Positions 24,435 to 37,527 of a stretch of 64,000 nucleotides of DNA are shown piece by piece. Each line of letters opens with the position of its first letter. The stretch's first letter is position 1. Below the pieces are notes generated by a model. The model was not told the origin of the DNA. It searched no databases and saw nothing but the letters and a program-made list of their open reading frames with translations. Both the position numbers and the translations under genes were made by a program. The stretch is from Cercozoa sp. M6MM (Eukaryota > Protista > Endomyxa: Ascetosporea): NCBI GenBank assembly GCA_040357565.1, contig JBDODJ010000047.1. One strand, 5' to 3'.

Positions 24435-25945
24435 TCAGCACCAGAGCTTGACGACACCGGCGCGGTCGCTCGTGAGTACCAGGCGTCGCGGGAACTCGAC
24501 GGCCGCCATGTCGGTGATGACGTCCGCGTGGAAGGCGTCGGCGTAAGCCGGTCCTCGGCGCCGTCGGTCCTCCTCCACTACTCCCCATGCATACATATAT
24601 ATATATATATATATATATAGATGCAAAAAGGTAGGGCAGTGCAGTACCTTGACCCTGACAGAGCGTGACGGCGTCGCTAGCCTCGGCGCACAATTCCTCA
24701 AACACTAGGCCGCGGTCGCCCTTGAGGTAGCTGTACATGCGCACATATAGATATACGCATACAGGTAATACGTATATACACATATATACATATATATATA
24801 TATATTTATGTGTGTATATATCTAGTGTTACCTATAGGACACGTGACTCATGGCACGCGGTGGCTCTCCCGACACTCGCCTGACAACAACACCAGAGTAC
24901 ACACATATACACGACGTCTGGAAGGGGGGGGGGGGGTAATGCTACCAACTGGAAGGCGACTCACGCCACTTGTTCCGCGTGCTGGATGCTGCGACACAAG
25001 ACATGAGGTTACGAGAGGGCATAGGGGGGGGGGGTAAGAAAGCTACCAGCCGTGTCCGACAGCGACCAGAGACGCACGATGCGGTCGGTGCCGGCCGTCA
25101 TGGCGAACTGGTCCGGCACCCACAGGAAGCTGTCCAAGTGTGGTGTACATATACAGAAATATGTACTTGCATATACATATATATATATATGTATGTACAG
25201 CGATAACATACATAGACACAGAGATTCATATATGGATACTTGTAAATAATGGACAGCGATTAATGTACATAGATACATAGATTCATATATGGATACATAA
25301 ATATATTTATATACATCATGTATACATACATAGACACACATAGATAGACACGCATATGCAGAAATAGGTGCATAGATACATCAATACATTTAGGCAGATA
25401 CCCATTGACAGTGCCGAGTTCACGACGCGGCTTTTGCAGGTCGCTCACGATATCGCTCACCTGCAAGGGAGGAAAAAGGGTGCAGGCGAGCAAGGTGGGT
25501 AAGTGAGTAAGCACATAGCCACAAGGTAGCACTACCGAGGTAGGCACCGGCTTCTGGTTGGTCACGGTGTTGGTTCCAGCCCTGTGTGTGTACAGCACGG
25601 TACACAAAAGGACGGTACAATTAGGACAAGAAGGTGGCTACAGACAGGGTCCGTACCAGAGGCCAAAGGGACGCAGGTTGTGCATGGCTGTGTGCAGTCG
25701 CGTGAAGTTGTCGCCACCGCCGACGTCGCCGCCGAGACTGCCGCCGCCGCTGCCGTCCTTCGTCCGCGCGGACGACTCGCTGCCCTGCTGCGCCGCCTCG
25801 CTCGGCGCGCCCTGGGCCGCCCGCATCTCGCCCGCCAAGATGCGGGGGGGGGGGGGTAAACATGGGGTAAACAAGAGGGTAAGAGATGGAGGGTATACCA
25901 GCGCGCATGTAGCGACGCGGCATGGCAGGCGCCGTGTGCGTCTCG

Positions 25946-25991
<46 letters not shown>

Positions 25992-28900
25992 NNNNNNNNN
26001 NNNNNNNNNNNNNNNNNNNNNNNNNNNNNNNNNNNNNNNNNNNNNNNNNNNNNNNNNNNNNNNNNNNNNNNNNNNNNNNNNNNNNNNNNNNGGGGGGGGG
26101 GGATAAAGGGGGTAGACACGAGCCAACGCACAGCGGAAGACGCCGCGCGCCTCGCCACTCAGCATGTCGAACACGCAGAGTTCACTCGTGCCTGCGCACG
26201 TGTCACACCGACTTAAGGTGGTCACTCAGTGTGTGCGATCACACTGATCACTGATTGGTCAATCAATCGGGGGTCGGAGAGATAGGAGCACCCTCGGCAG
26301 ACACGAAGAGTAGCGGCGTCTCCTCCGGCGAACCCGACGCGTAGCACTGCGCCGCAAAGCCGCCCGGTCCACTGCCTGTGTCCAAACGGACGGAGTGACC
26401 GGTACAAATGGACGGACATCCATGGACATGCATGGACACACCCCTTTAACAAACAACTGTACCCGGAGCAGACGACCAGATCTTAGCGATGGGATGGCCA
26501 CTCTTTATTCTCCTGTTGCGCACGCGTCAGTCTTGCATTTTCATTACCCTTACCCTTACCCCCTCGTATACCCCGTACCAAGCATTGGCCACGACGCGGA
26601 AGCGGAGGTCCCAGAGCATCACGAAGCCGCGTGAAGTGCCGACCACTGCAACACGGGAGTTACACTCCCCTCCACCCCCCCAATTTACCCCCCAGTTCAA
26701 CCCTACCCAATAGCGACGGTGCAGGCAGACACATGCAGGTGACGTTGCCGTGCGTCGGCAGCACCTGTGCGCACTCTCGTATCTTTACCTCCTTACCCCC
26801 TCTTACCCCTCTCACCCCCCAGAGATAAGACACCTGCAGCGCGAAGGCCGGCAGCCGCGAGCGCAGGTCAAAGGCGCGAACCACACCGCCGCGCAAAGCG
26901 ACAACTGCGCACGTGTCCACCCAGTCAGTCACACGTGTCATGAGTCACACAGTCACCCAGTCAGTTGGACACGTGTGCCAAGTGTACCAAGTAGCGACTC
27001 GGACACTGTGTGCACGTGCGCCACCTGGACGGCGCCGTCGCCACGTTCGCCCACGTTGAACTCGCTGTAGGCGGGCGGTTTTACACCCCTCTTTACCCCC
27101 TTGTTACCCCCCCCCCGAGAATAGAACTACCGAAGCGGCGTGTGTGACATGTCGGCGTTGACTTTGAACACGTGGCAACTATACATACACACACACACAC
27201 ATACACACATACACATACATTTCCCCCCTTTACCCCCCACTCACAGCAACAGGATATACCGTCCTGTTTCGTCTGCAGCAGCCACCGACAACTACAACAC
27301 ATGGGAGGTAAACGGAGGGGGTAAAGGGGGTAAAGAGGGGGGTAAAACGCACCGAGGAGTCCAGCACGCACACGGTCGGCACGCGCCGCTGTCCGAAGCC
27401 TTCGTAGCGCAGGCCTGTCCAAACAGGACCGATGCATGTGTACGGACAGACGCGTCCACATGGACCAGTCCAAATACACTGGTCCGGGTGGACCGTCCAG
27501 TTATACCATATGCACATGTGAAATAAAGGTACCAGGCGACAGACGCACCTCGTCGTCCAGTTGTCCGAGCGGCCACACGGCCACCTTGCCGTCGTCGCCC
27601 GCCGAGGCCTACAGTATCGGTCCATTTGTACCCATGTAGGTCCATCTGTACCGTCCCACCTGCATCCAGTGCGGTCCAAATGGACCAGTATATGTGTGTC
27701 TACGATGGTAGTACCATGAAGGAATTGTCGCGCGACACCGCCATCTGCCAGATCGCCGCGTCGCCTGTCCGGGAAGGAGGGGGTGGAGGGGTGGGGAGGG
27801 TATGGGGGTAGAGTCTACCATGACCACGCAACTCGGCATACAGCGTCGACTGAGGTCGCCTGTACAAAAAGCAGAGTGCAGACATAGATGGGATGGCTAC
27901 ACCTTAGCCTAGTTAAAGGGGACACAGGTAGGACGGTCCGTATGTACCAGTCACTGAGCGGAACGTCCTGCGACTCCGAGGACGACTCGCCGTCCGCCGC
28001 GCCCTCCACAATGTTCGAGATCGCCGCCGCACTCGCGCGGAAGTGCTGTCCGAATGGGGGGGGGGGGGGAAAGGGGGTACCCGGGGGGGGGGGGTAGAGG
28101 GGGTAGAATACTACCGGACCAAGCTGCGCCGCCTTACTCTCGCTCCTGCAACACACATGCATGTGTATGACCACAGAGTGATCAGCCCAGTGAGCACGTG
28201 CGTCCAAAGTGACCACCCCCAGTGAGACCACCCCAGTGAGCACATGTGTCCAGAGTGACTGAGGTAGGTAGGTACGGGTAGGGCGGCGCGTGGTTGCGGT
28301 AGAAGGCACTCCACGACATGTGCGACACCGAGATCTTCCCGAGGTCCTCTGCCGCCGACCTGGGGGGGGGGGGGGGGGGGGAAGGGGGTGTGGGGGGGGG
28401 AGGGGAGGGTACACAGCGCCCAGCGCCAACTGCAGCGCCGGCTGCATTTTTTTGAGCGACACTTCCGTCGATCGAACGCGACTGCACTGGAGGTCCGGGA
28501 CACCTGTCCAAACGTACCCGTCTCAATACTCGGTACAAATGGACACCTCATGCTTTTTGGTTTTTTAAGGCTGCGTACCACACGCCAGTGCCTCCTGAAG
28601 CGCGTCCTTCCGGATCGACATCGGTGTCTGCGTAGGGGGTAAGAAGTAGGAAGTAAGAAGTAGGAAGTAAGAAGTAGGAAGTAAGAAGTAGGAAGGTGGG
28701 GAAGGGGGAGGGGTAAAGCTCTGTACCGAGTCGTTGGCAGGCGTCAGTGCGAGTGCCAGATCCTTGCCTACAAGGGGGTGTATAGGGGTATCGGGGTATG
28801 GGGGTATATGGGTATGGGGTAAAACTCTACCCGAGGCCAGGAAGGCCTTCTTGCCGCGCAGAATTCGAATCGCGTGAGACAGAGGCACGCCCTGTGGGGT

Positions 28901-31900
28901 CACACAAACACGTGCACATACACCGTCAGTCACTGAGTGGTCACAGTGGTCACATGGGTCACTCCAAGTGGCCACTCAGAGTGGGACACGTGGCACCAAT
29001 GCGAGTGCGCGCAGTGCCAGCAGCCACCGCGACGACGCGCTGCGGAAGGCCTTGTCCCCACCTGTCCGAGGGAGAGGGGTAAAGTGTAAGGGGGGGGGGG
29101 TAGAGGTAAAGCTACCGCCATAGTGCGAAGCCAGAGCGATGGTGCACAGTGCGTGTTCCACCTGTCCAGGGGGGGGGGGGGTAAGGGGTAGAGGTGGGGG
29201 GGGGGGGGGGGTAAATCTACATTGCGAATGTTGAGGAAGCTGCCGTCGTTGACGCGTCCGTGTACCGGCAGCGACACCACCTGGAGGTATGTACAAACAT
29301 AAGTACAAACGGACCATACTCACATCTCGTCCAGTCCAGTCCAGTCCAGTCCAGTCCAAATGGGCAAACGTACCGCCGAGTAGGACCGCAGCACGCGGTT
29401 GCTCTGTGTCAGCGACTGCGGCGACTGTCCGCGCGTCTGCTTGATGTGCTCCACAATGTACTGCAGGTACCTGTGCCAGGGGGGTAGGGGGTAAGGGAGT
29501 AAGGGGGGGGGGGGGTAGGAATAAAACTACGGTCGCATGGCCACCAACAGATGTTCCTCATTGGCGCTGCGTGCCTTCAGCAGACCCGTCTTCCTCTACA
29601 CACGTACATGTATAAGGGGTAGGGGTAGGGATAGGGGCACAATTACCGTAGTCTGAAGCGACAGTTCCTGCACACATGGGTTTAAGGGGGTAGGGGTAGG
29701 GGTAGGGTGTGTGTGTGTGTGGGGGGGGGGTACACGCTGAAGCGCCTGCCGACTGAGCGGCAAGCGACACGCGAACGCGAGGTTGCGCCGCGTCATGCGA
29801 AACGGCAGTCGCGTCTCGCCTGTGCACGTGCTCACTCAGTGACCACACACGCACGTGCTCACTCGGTGATCACAGCACGTGCTCACTCAGTGATCGAACA
29901 CGTTAGCAAGAGATACCCTCAGTCAGAGGCAGCAAGAAGTCGTCCAAACGACGGAACACAATCGCACTGGCTGGCACACTGCGCGGGGTAAGCAGGTAGG
30001 GAGGGGTGGGGTAAGGGGTAAGGCCCCGGGGGGGGGGGTACAAGTGCAGAACGTCGCACATGGCCACCAGCAGCGAGTGCATGCGACAGCGAATCACCGC
30101 ATTCGGGTGACACACCAACGGCGCCGCACGCGCCTGTCCCCAAGGGGGTAAAGGGTGTGTGGGGGGAGGGGTAAGTCTACCAAGATGGCGTCCAATGCCG
30201 GCGCGTCCAACAACTCGGCGCGGCACAGTCTCGAACTAGGGGGTAAGAGGGGGTAAGAGGGAGGTAAGAGGGAGGTAAGAGGGTAAAGGTGGGGTAGGGG
30301 TAAAGCTACAAGGCATCCACGGTGCGCTGCACGACGTATTCGCTGCTGTCGCACAGACCGTTCTCCTGCAGGGAAGGGGAGGGGGGAGGGTAAAGGGTAG
30401 GGGAGGGTAGGGTAAACGCACCAGCACAGGCAGCAGCATGCGCAGCGTATGTCGGCCCAGTGAACCTGACCACGTGGTCACTCAGCGATCACTCAGCAAT
30501 CAACCAGTGATCACTCATCAATCAACCAGTGATCATCCAGTGATCACATATAGAAATCAATCGTACCACTGCAGGCGTAGTCGGTCAGCGCCTCCAGGAA
30601 CGATGCACGCAGCTGGGGGGGGGGGGGGTTAAGGGGCGGGACGGGGACGGGTTAGGGTAGGGAGGCAGAGTGTACACTCCAGTCGGGACTGTTCATAACG
30701 GTCGTTAGCAGCGGCAGCTACGCACATACACATAGACACACAGGTGTACACATTGTACCGTCCAACTGGTACTGGTATCAACTGGTCCAGTTGGACCAGT
30801 AGGCTTGTACAAACGGACGGCCAAACGGACCAACTCGTCGGCAGTGTTCTCGCGACCGTAGAAGCGACAGAGTTTCGCAAAGTCGCACAGCAGCGCGCGC
30901 TGCACGTCGCCCGACACGGCACGCGACACCAGCTGCTGCACCAGCTTGTGCACCTGCCCAGTCAGTCACACACACGTGCCCAGCCAGTCATACACACGTG
31001 CCCAGTCAGTCACACACATGCCCAGTCACAGTGACCACACGATCAAGCACGTGCAAAGTACACACATGTGAGTGTCTGTGTACCTGTTGACGCAGCTTGG
31101 CTACGTCGACGCTGCCCAACTGTATACGAGGGAAAGGGTAAAGGCGGCAAGCGGTCGGAGGGGGTAAATGGGATAAAGACAGTACCGGCTGCGACAGAGT
31201 CAGAGAGGCGCGCTTGACGCCTTGTCTCTGCATGTGTTGCCACGTGGTATCAGTGGGTTGAAACGTGCTAAGTGATCAGTGGGCTGACATGTGCTCAGTG
31301 GTACCGCCAGTGCGACACGATCGCAGTGCAGAATGCGCCTAGAGTAGAGGGTAAGGGGGTAGGGGGGGGGTAAATGAGGGTATGGCTACATAGCCTGCTC
31401 GGCCAGTCGTCCCAAGTCCCTCGCCTGTCCAGTCACAGAGTCACGTGGTCACTCTCAGTCCTCAGTGGTACCACTCAAAGTGACCACTCAGGGTCGAGCA
31501 CGTGTCCAGTGGTACCAATGCAACACGCACGCACAGGTCGGGGTCGTCGGCCAGAGGCATCTGCACATAGAGAGACAAATGACACGTGCCCACTGACTCA
31601 GTGACTGACTGAGTGAGTGACAGGGCGAGCACGTGACTGACTGCAACGGTACCAGTGCAGGCAGCACATAGTCGGGCAGCACGCCGACCTCGGCGGCCGT
31701 CGGCGTCACCACGACGCTGCGCAGCAGGTCCGTCAGCAGCGACACGGCACCGCACCGCACCAGGGCGCTGGCATCACCTGCATACATATGCACAAGTGCA
31801 CGTGCTCACTGGTACCACGTGTCACGTGCCAACTGGGATACATGACACGTGCTCACCCAGACAGCATGCATGAGGTACCAAGCAGAGCGACCACATAGGG

Positions 31901-34817
31901 CAGCACGCGGTTGAGTGCGGCGTCGCTGTCCAGAAACGGCGCCAGCAACGACAGCGACTGCAGTGCGCGCAGCTTCACCACGTCTGTTTTAGTTAAGGCG
32001 GCAGGACAGGGGTACAACGTATGGTACATGTGGACACATCGGTACATATGAACACATGCTGTACCGTGCTGGACACTGCGCACATTGACGCAGATCAGCG
32101 TCGCGAACAACTGGATCGGACTCCTACGGGGAGGGGGTAAAGGGTGTGTGTGTGCGGGGGAGGGGNNNNNNNNNNNNNNNNNNNNNNNNNNNNNNNNNNN
32201 NNNNNNNNNNNNNNNNNNNNNNNNNNNNNNNNNNNNNNNNNNNNNNNNNNNNNNNNNNNNNNNNNAGGGGGGGGGGGGGGATAAGGGGGTAAACTACTTG
32301 GAACGCCGCATCTCCGACCACATTGGATCTTCCAGACTGGTACACATGAACACACACACATGTGCATATGGACAGACCGATTGGTTAAAATGATCGTGGA
32401 TACCTGTACTCCTGCGGCCGAAGCGACACCGGTCGACGCGGCGGCGTCAGCGGCAGCGGACGCTCCGCGCGGAAGCGGTTTGATCGCAGTCTCTTACTTA
32501 AAGCAGCGTTGTTGGTGTTGTTGTTTAAGGCTGCTTTGTCGTCGTTGTCAAGGAGTCGCTGCTGCAGCTCGGCGATCTTGTGCTGCATCGACTCCAGTCG
32601 CTGTCGAATGAAGGCGTCCTCCTGCACACACAGAGTGACCACTCACTTAGGGAATTTAGATCTGATCACGCAGTGTGACCACTTGGAGATCACTGAGTGA
32701 CCACGTGCTAACTCAGTCAATGGTGGCACGTGTGTCTGTCAGTACCATGGACTTGCTGCGAGCGGCAGCTTGCGTCTCGTGCGACTTGTGCTGTTGGGGG
32801 GGGGGGGTAGGGGTAGGGGTAGGGGTAGAGGGGGTAATGGGGGGGGGGGGGAACCTGGTGCTGCGCGCCCAGCAGGTCGTAGCCCTCGATGCGGTGCAGC
32901 AGAGCGCCGAGCGACTTGGCCACCGTCTTGATGCGACTGTCCGGCGACGCGAACTGCGGCAGCGCCAGCTGACTGCTCACACGTGTGCCACTTGATCCAC
33001 CCAAGTGACCCACCCAAGTGATCACTCAGTGACCACTCAAGTGACCAGTCATTGACCATGTGATCGAGCACGTGCAGAGTGTACCGAAAGATGTCGAAAC
33101 ACACATTGAAAGAGCGCGGGAAGATGCCCTGATCGGCGATGCCTGCGCACGTGGTCACTCAGTCACATGCCAACTCACTCAGTCAGGTGCGACCCCAGTC
33201 ACTCAGTAAGAAGGTACCACTGCTCCAGTACTCGAGTGCACTCTTGCGCTTCGCCGGGTCGCGCTGTGTCATGTCGCGGACCTACGTGCGGGGTGCGGGG
33301 GTAAGGGAGGAAATGGGGAGGGAAAGAGGGGAGTAAAGGTAGGGGAAAGAGGACCAGATCACGCAACGCCGCGTCCTCGATGGAATTGAGAACACTGTCG
33401 CGCGTGTCTGTGCCTACAAGGACGGTAAGGGGAGGGTAAAGGGGCAAGGTAAAGGGGTAAGGTAAAGGGGTAAGGTAAAGGGGTAAACTGCAGTACCGTC
33501 CTTGTAGGCGAGGAGCTTGGGCAGATCAAAGAGCGCTTTGCCTGTACACCCCAAGTGACTCATGTGACCCCCAGTGACCCACGTGATCACTCAGATGATC
33601 CCCAGTCATAACAGAGTGATCACGTACCGTCAGTCAGCACCTCGCAGATCACGCAGCCGACGCTGAAAATATCCATCGCCGACGTCAGCTTCTCCTCGCC
33701 TGAGGGGGAAAGGCGGGGGGTAAAGGGGTAAAGGGGTAAAGGGGTAAAGGGGTAAAGGGGTAAATGGGGTCTGGGGAGGGGTAAATTACCAGGCTCGAAG
33801 CGTTCAGGCGCCACGTAGCAGCGCCTCCGCGCGGAAGCACCGGCGAAGAAAAAGTGAAAGTCGGCCGGATTGTCCGCCGGCAGCCGCACCTGGGGTAAGG
33901 GGTAAGGGGGGAGGCAAAGGGGTAGGGTAGCATACCGGCTTGTAGGCCTCTCCCGTGCCGTCACACAGCATGAGCCAGTGCCTGCATATTGGTACAGATG
34001 GACATATGTACAAGTACTATAAGAGGTGGGGGGGGGGTAAAACTAAAGTACCACGTGGTGAGCAGCACGTTCTCGCTTTTGACGTCGCCGTGGAACATGT
34101 CGGCCCCGGGGAATGGGCGGGGAACATTTTCCCCCCCCCCCTTTTTAACCCCCCCCCCCTCTTTGCCCCTTCCATACCCCCGTCTTTATCCCCAGATGCT
34201 CGAGTGTACCTGTGCAATAGCACGCAGCAGTTGGTACACGAGCCAGCGTTTCTCCAGGTCAGACAGCGGTCCGCTGGCACGTCGGTCGTGCAGTCGGTCG
34301 AACAATGACCAGGTCTGCCCATCAGGTACGGAACATTTGTACCCCTATGTGTACAGAACCACATTGGTACCATGTACGGCCTCGCAAAGAACACGGCCTT
34401 TGGTGTCTCGGCCACACGCGTGTGCGGCAGCACGCTCGGCATTTTCTCCACCGACTGAATAAGGGGGGGGGGGTAAATAGCAGGTGGGGGTAAAGGAGGG
34501 CAGATGCGGTGTGTGAATGAATGGTAACAGGTGACATGACGGTTGCGTACCCACTTGGCACGCCGTTCCTCCAGTGCACTGATCTGCGAGGACAGGTCAG
34601 CAGTCAAGTCGCGTCGCACGTGCACCTTCACCGTCAGCATCGGCACGTGTGCACCGCCACTGGCCTCAGGGCTCTCGTCCCAGCAGCGGAACGTGTCCGC
34701 CAGTCGGCCGCGCCCGAGCTCGTTGTCCACGCGGATGTGCGCGAACCCGCGCGGACGTGCCTGCCCCAGCGCCGTGCGCGCATCCGTTGCCGCAGGAATC
34801 ACGAGCTGATTGCCCAT
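24435..34817 (-). CDS. VPS15: VPS15 / PIK3R4 (kinase-like + HEAT + WD40), very intron-rich, spans two gaps
   Basis: Myristoylation-type start MGNQL; HGDVKSENVLLT; YKPV.LPADNPADFHFFF; RRCYVAPERF; AMDIFSVGCVI; HEAT LNRVLPYVV; C-terminal DVITDM...GVVKLW. Confidence 0.92.
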
Positions 34818-35108
34818 GACTGCACACACAAGGAACAATCAAGCCCTTTTACTGCCTGATCACAACATCATATTGCTCACACACGATGCTCTGGCCTAGA
34901 AACCTACCTTCGCGCCAATATATATTCTTTGTACAGCTGTGCACACGCCTAGGCCTCTCGATACTGTACGTTGAAACAGGATTTTTCTTAAGGTGCGATC
35001 TACTTTCTTGGACGATTTCACTTGTCCTATCACTTTAACAGGACACGACGGAGGTGTGCGATTGATCCGAGATGCTTAATGGTCCTAGCATAAGTGTTTA
35101 AACATATG

Positions 35109-35120
35109 GTGACCCATGAC
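35109..35120 (+). promoter_or_regulatory. Candidate snRNA proximal sequence element
   Basis: GTGACCCATGAC about 70 nt upstream of the U1 start; position and TGACCCAT core resemble some protist snRNA PSEs (inference). Confidence 0.3.
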
Positions 35121-35182
35121 CTGTGTTGGTTGACGCAGGCAGCAGCTCAAAACAGTAAAGTGCCCTGGACCCGAGACAAAGT

Positions 35183-35346
35183 AACTTACCTGGATCATTG
35201 CGGGGTTGGGTGATCACGCAGGCCCTCCCCGTAGCGCTGAGCAGGGCCTCCTGCACTTGGTCGTCTGTGACGCGTTCACCTCGCCTTCGGGTGTCGTGGT
35301 GATTCTAATCTCTACAGCGGGATCGGCGAGCTAGTCTCCTGGTCCT
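35183..35346 (+). ncRNA. RNU1: U1 spliceosomal snRNA
   Basis: 5' ACUUACCUGG; stem I UGCGGGG/CCCCGUA with loop GAUCACGCAG; stem II loop UGCAC; stem III with UUCG loop; helix H GAUCA/UGAUU; terminal stem IV; about 164 nt. Confidence 0.92.
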
Positions 35347-35954
35347 GGACCTCCCCTTCTTTTTTGTTTTGCCGCCCGGGCCGGGGCCGTGCCGTTACCG
35401 ACGAGCCGCACACAGTGCAGCCCATCAAGATAATCTTCCTGAACTCCCATGTTTAGAAGTAAGCTAGCGAAACAGTTCGATTTTCTTCAGCACGTCGCCA
35501 AACAGCGCGAGCCATGGCAGATGGCCTGAACTAAATCCTCTGAATTGATGGAGTGATCGATCGTCCATACATCGATCGATATGGGTGCTAAAACCCCAAG
35601 CTCCGTACAAGCTAGAAGGTATGGCACGGCGTCGCGATCTTCTGACCACGGCGGTGAATTAAATTTAAGTTTAATGCAACTCCCAACGAGAGAATTGGGT
35701 ACCTGATCGGAGCACCCGTGGTTGCGTGGATCGCTGATCGTATCGTTAGTACCAAGCACGTGGCTGGTTTGAAACGAAACGAAACGATCCAGTCGGTCAG
35801 TTGCAGCCGTTTTGCAATCGCACGTGCCTGTTTTTGCAGGAGGTACCGAGTGAGAGAACAGCGCTCGCTCCGGTTCGCGTCGAACTCACACCACTCATCT
35901 TTTGTTGTTTTTGCCTTGTTCCTCTTTAGTTTCTTCTCTAGTGCGCTCAACAGC

Positions 35955-36818
35955 ATGAAGCTTGTGTTGACTACGTTGTTGGCTGCGTCGAGTGCGCTCG
36001 CTGCCTCCTGCGCCTCTCATTCGGTACTACCTCCAGTCGCTGGACCTCGCCTCGTTACTCGTTATTGACTGGATGCACTCTTGTTTCCGATCAGGCGACC
36101 TTCTCCTCGGGCAGCAGTGAGTTCACTCTGCGCGGCGCCATGACCGTACTGCATTCTCACCTTCCCTCCTTCAATCCCCAGAGTTCCTGCCCCGACAGGA
36201 ACCACCGGCACAATAAACTTACAATGAATGGCTCTCTCACTGAGCAGGACTGCATCGCTGACACCGTCGACGACATTGGCAAGCAACAGCGCTGCACTGC
36301 CGTGCTGCACGAGACTCCTGCAGGACAGTACGCGGTCACGTGCTACGAGCATTAGTGTAGGTTTACTATATTCGATATGTTCGATCTCACACACACACAC
36401 ACGCACTTCCCGGACTCGAGCTGAATTCAGCTGCTAAATATATATCACCTTGCCCCCCCCACACACCTCCTCTGTCAATTTCCCCTTGTTCAGCGTCGTG
36501 CCCTGCCAACCAGTCTGTCGCCGCCACTGCCGCTGGCGTTCCTTCCACTGATGTCGTGCTTCACGCTGCTTGGTACCGTGCACACACTCTCAAATCTGGC
36601 CCTACTGTCAGTTTACCTTGCCCATGTTTCGACAGCGGCACTCAAGGCCAGTCGCTGACGTCGCCGTACGGAGGTCGCCAACACGTGTGTCGCAAGGTCT
36701 GTATGTTTCCTTTCAGTTTACTGTATCTAAGCTCAGTTGAAGTGTTATTTTGACTGCTTGGCGCGGCAGCTCGTGCGGCCTTCTACAGTCACTCCATTAC
36801 GTTCTCATACGGTGCGTT

Positions 36819-36878
<60 letters not shown>

Positions 36879-37424
36879 CCACTGTGTCATCTGCTATCGT
36901 GCGTGTATGGATAGTGCCGCCGGGCGAGGACTACGTCGAAAAGTGCCTGTCGATGTGCGCTACCGCCGAAGCGCTGAACCCGACGAACGAGAAACTCGAC
37001 CGCATTCTCCTGTCCTCCAACGGCTCGAGCAAGTATTTACTTACTTTTATTTTCATTTCCAGCATGCCTGTAAATTGATGTGATATGCAAACTGCAGTGA
37101 TGTCAAGTGCTTCTGCGCCACTGCCGCGGTACCTTTGATTGACTCTACTGAAGTCGTGCCAGTCGGTTGAACGAAAGGGGTGTATGTGTGACGTATGCAG
37201 AACACGGAAGCCAACGTGCTTGGCACCTGTGCGTACAAGGACGTACGTTTCTTCGCAGTTTGTCTCAGTGTCCACATGTATCTTCCCTTGCCTTTGTGCA
37301 GTGCCCGATTGCGCCGGGCTCGTGGTACCAGGCCAAGTGCGGCGACGGACTCGGCGACGTCCCGTACTACAACACGCACCAGGAAGTCACCGTGTACACC
37401 AACACCATGGCTGTGTCGTCGTAA
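35955..37424 (+). CDS. Uncharacterised secreted cysteine-rich protein
   Basis: Signal peptide MKLVLTTLLAASSALA; Cys-rich GT-AG exons; last exon CPIAPGSWYQAKCGDG...MAVSS-TAA. Confidence 0.7.
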
Positions 37425-37527
37425 ACGAGACCCCCTCCAACCTATACGCAAGCTTCAGCCGGAGTCGAACTGCCGTGCCGGCACCTGTGAACGTGAATGC
37501 GATACTGTTACATGTATGGACTTGATA

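Noticed and set aside
25992-26091. N runs next to poly-G or (TG)n tracts
   Set aside because: Assembly gaps at hard-to-sequence tracts, not biology
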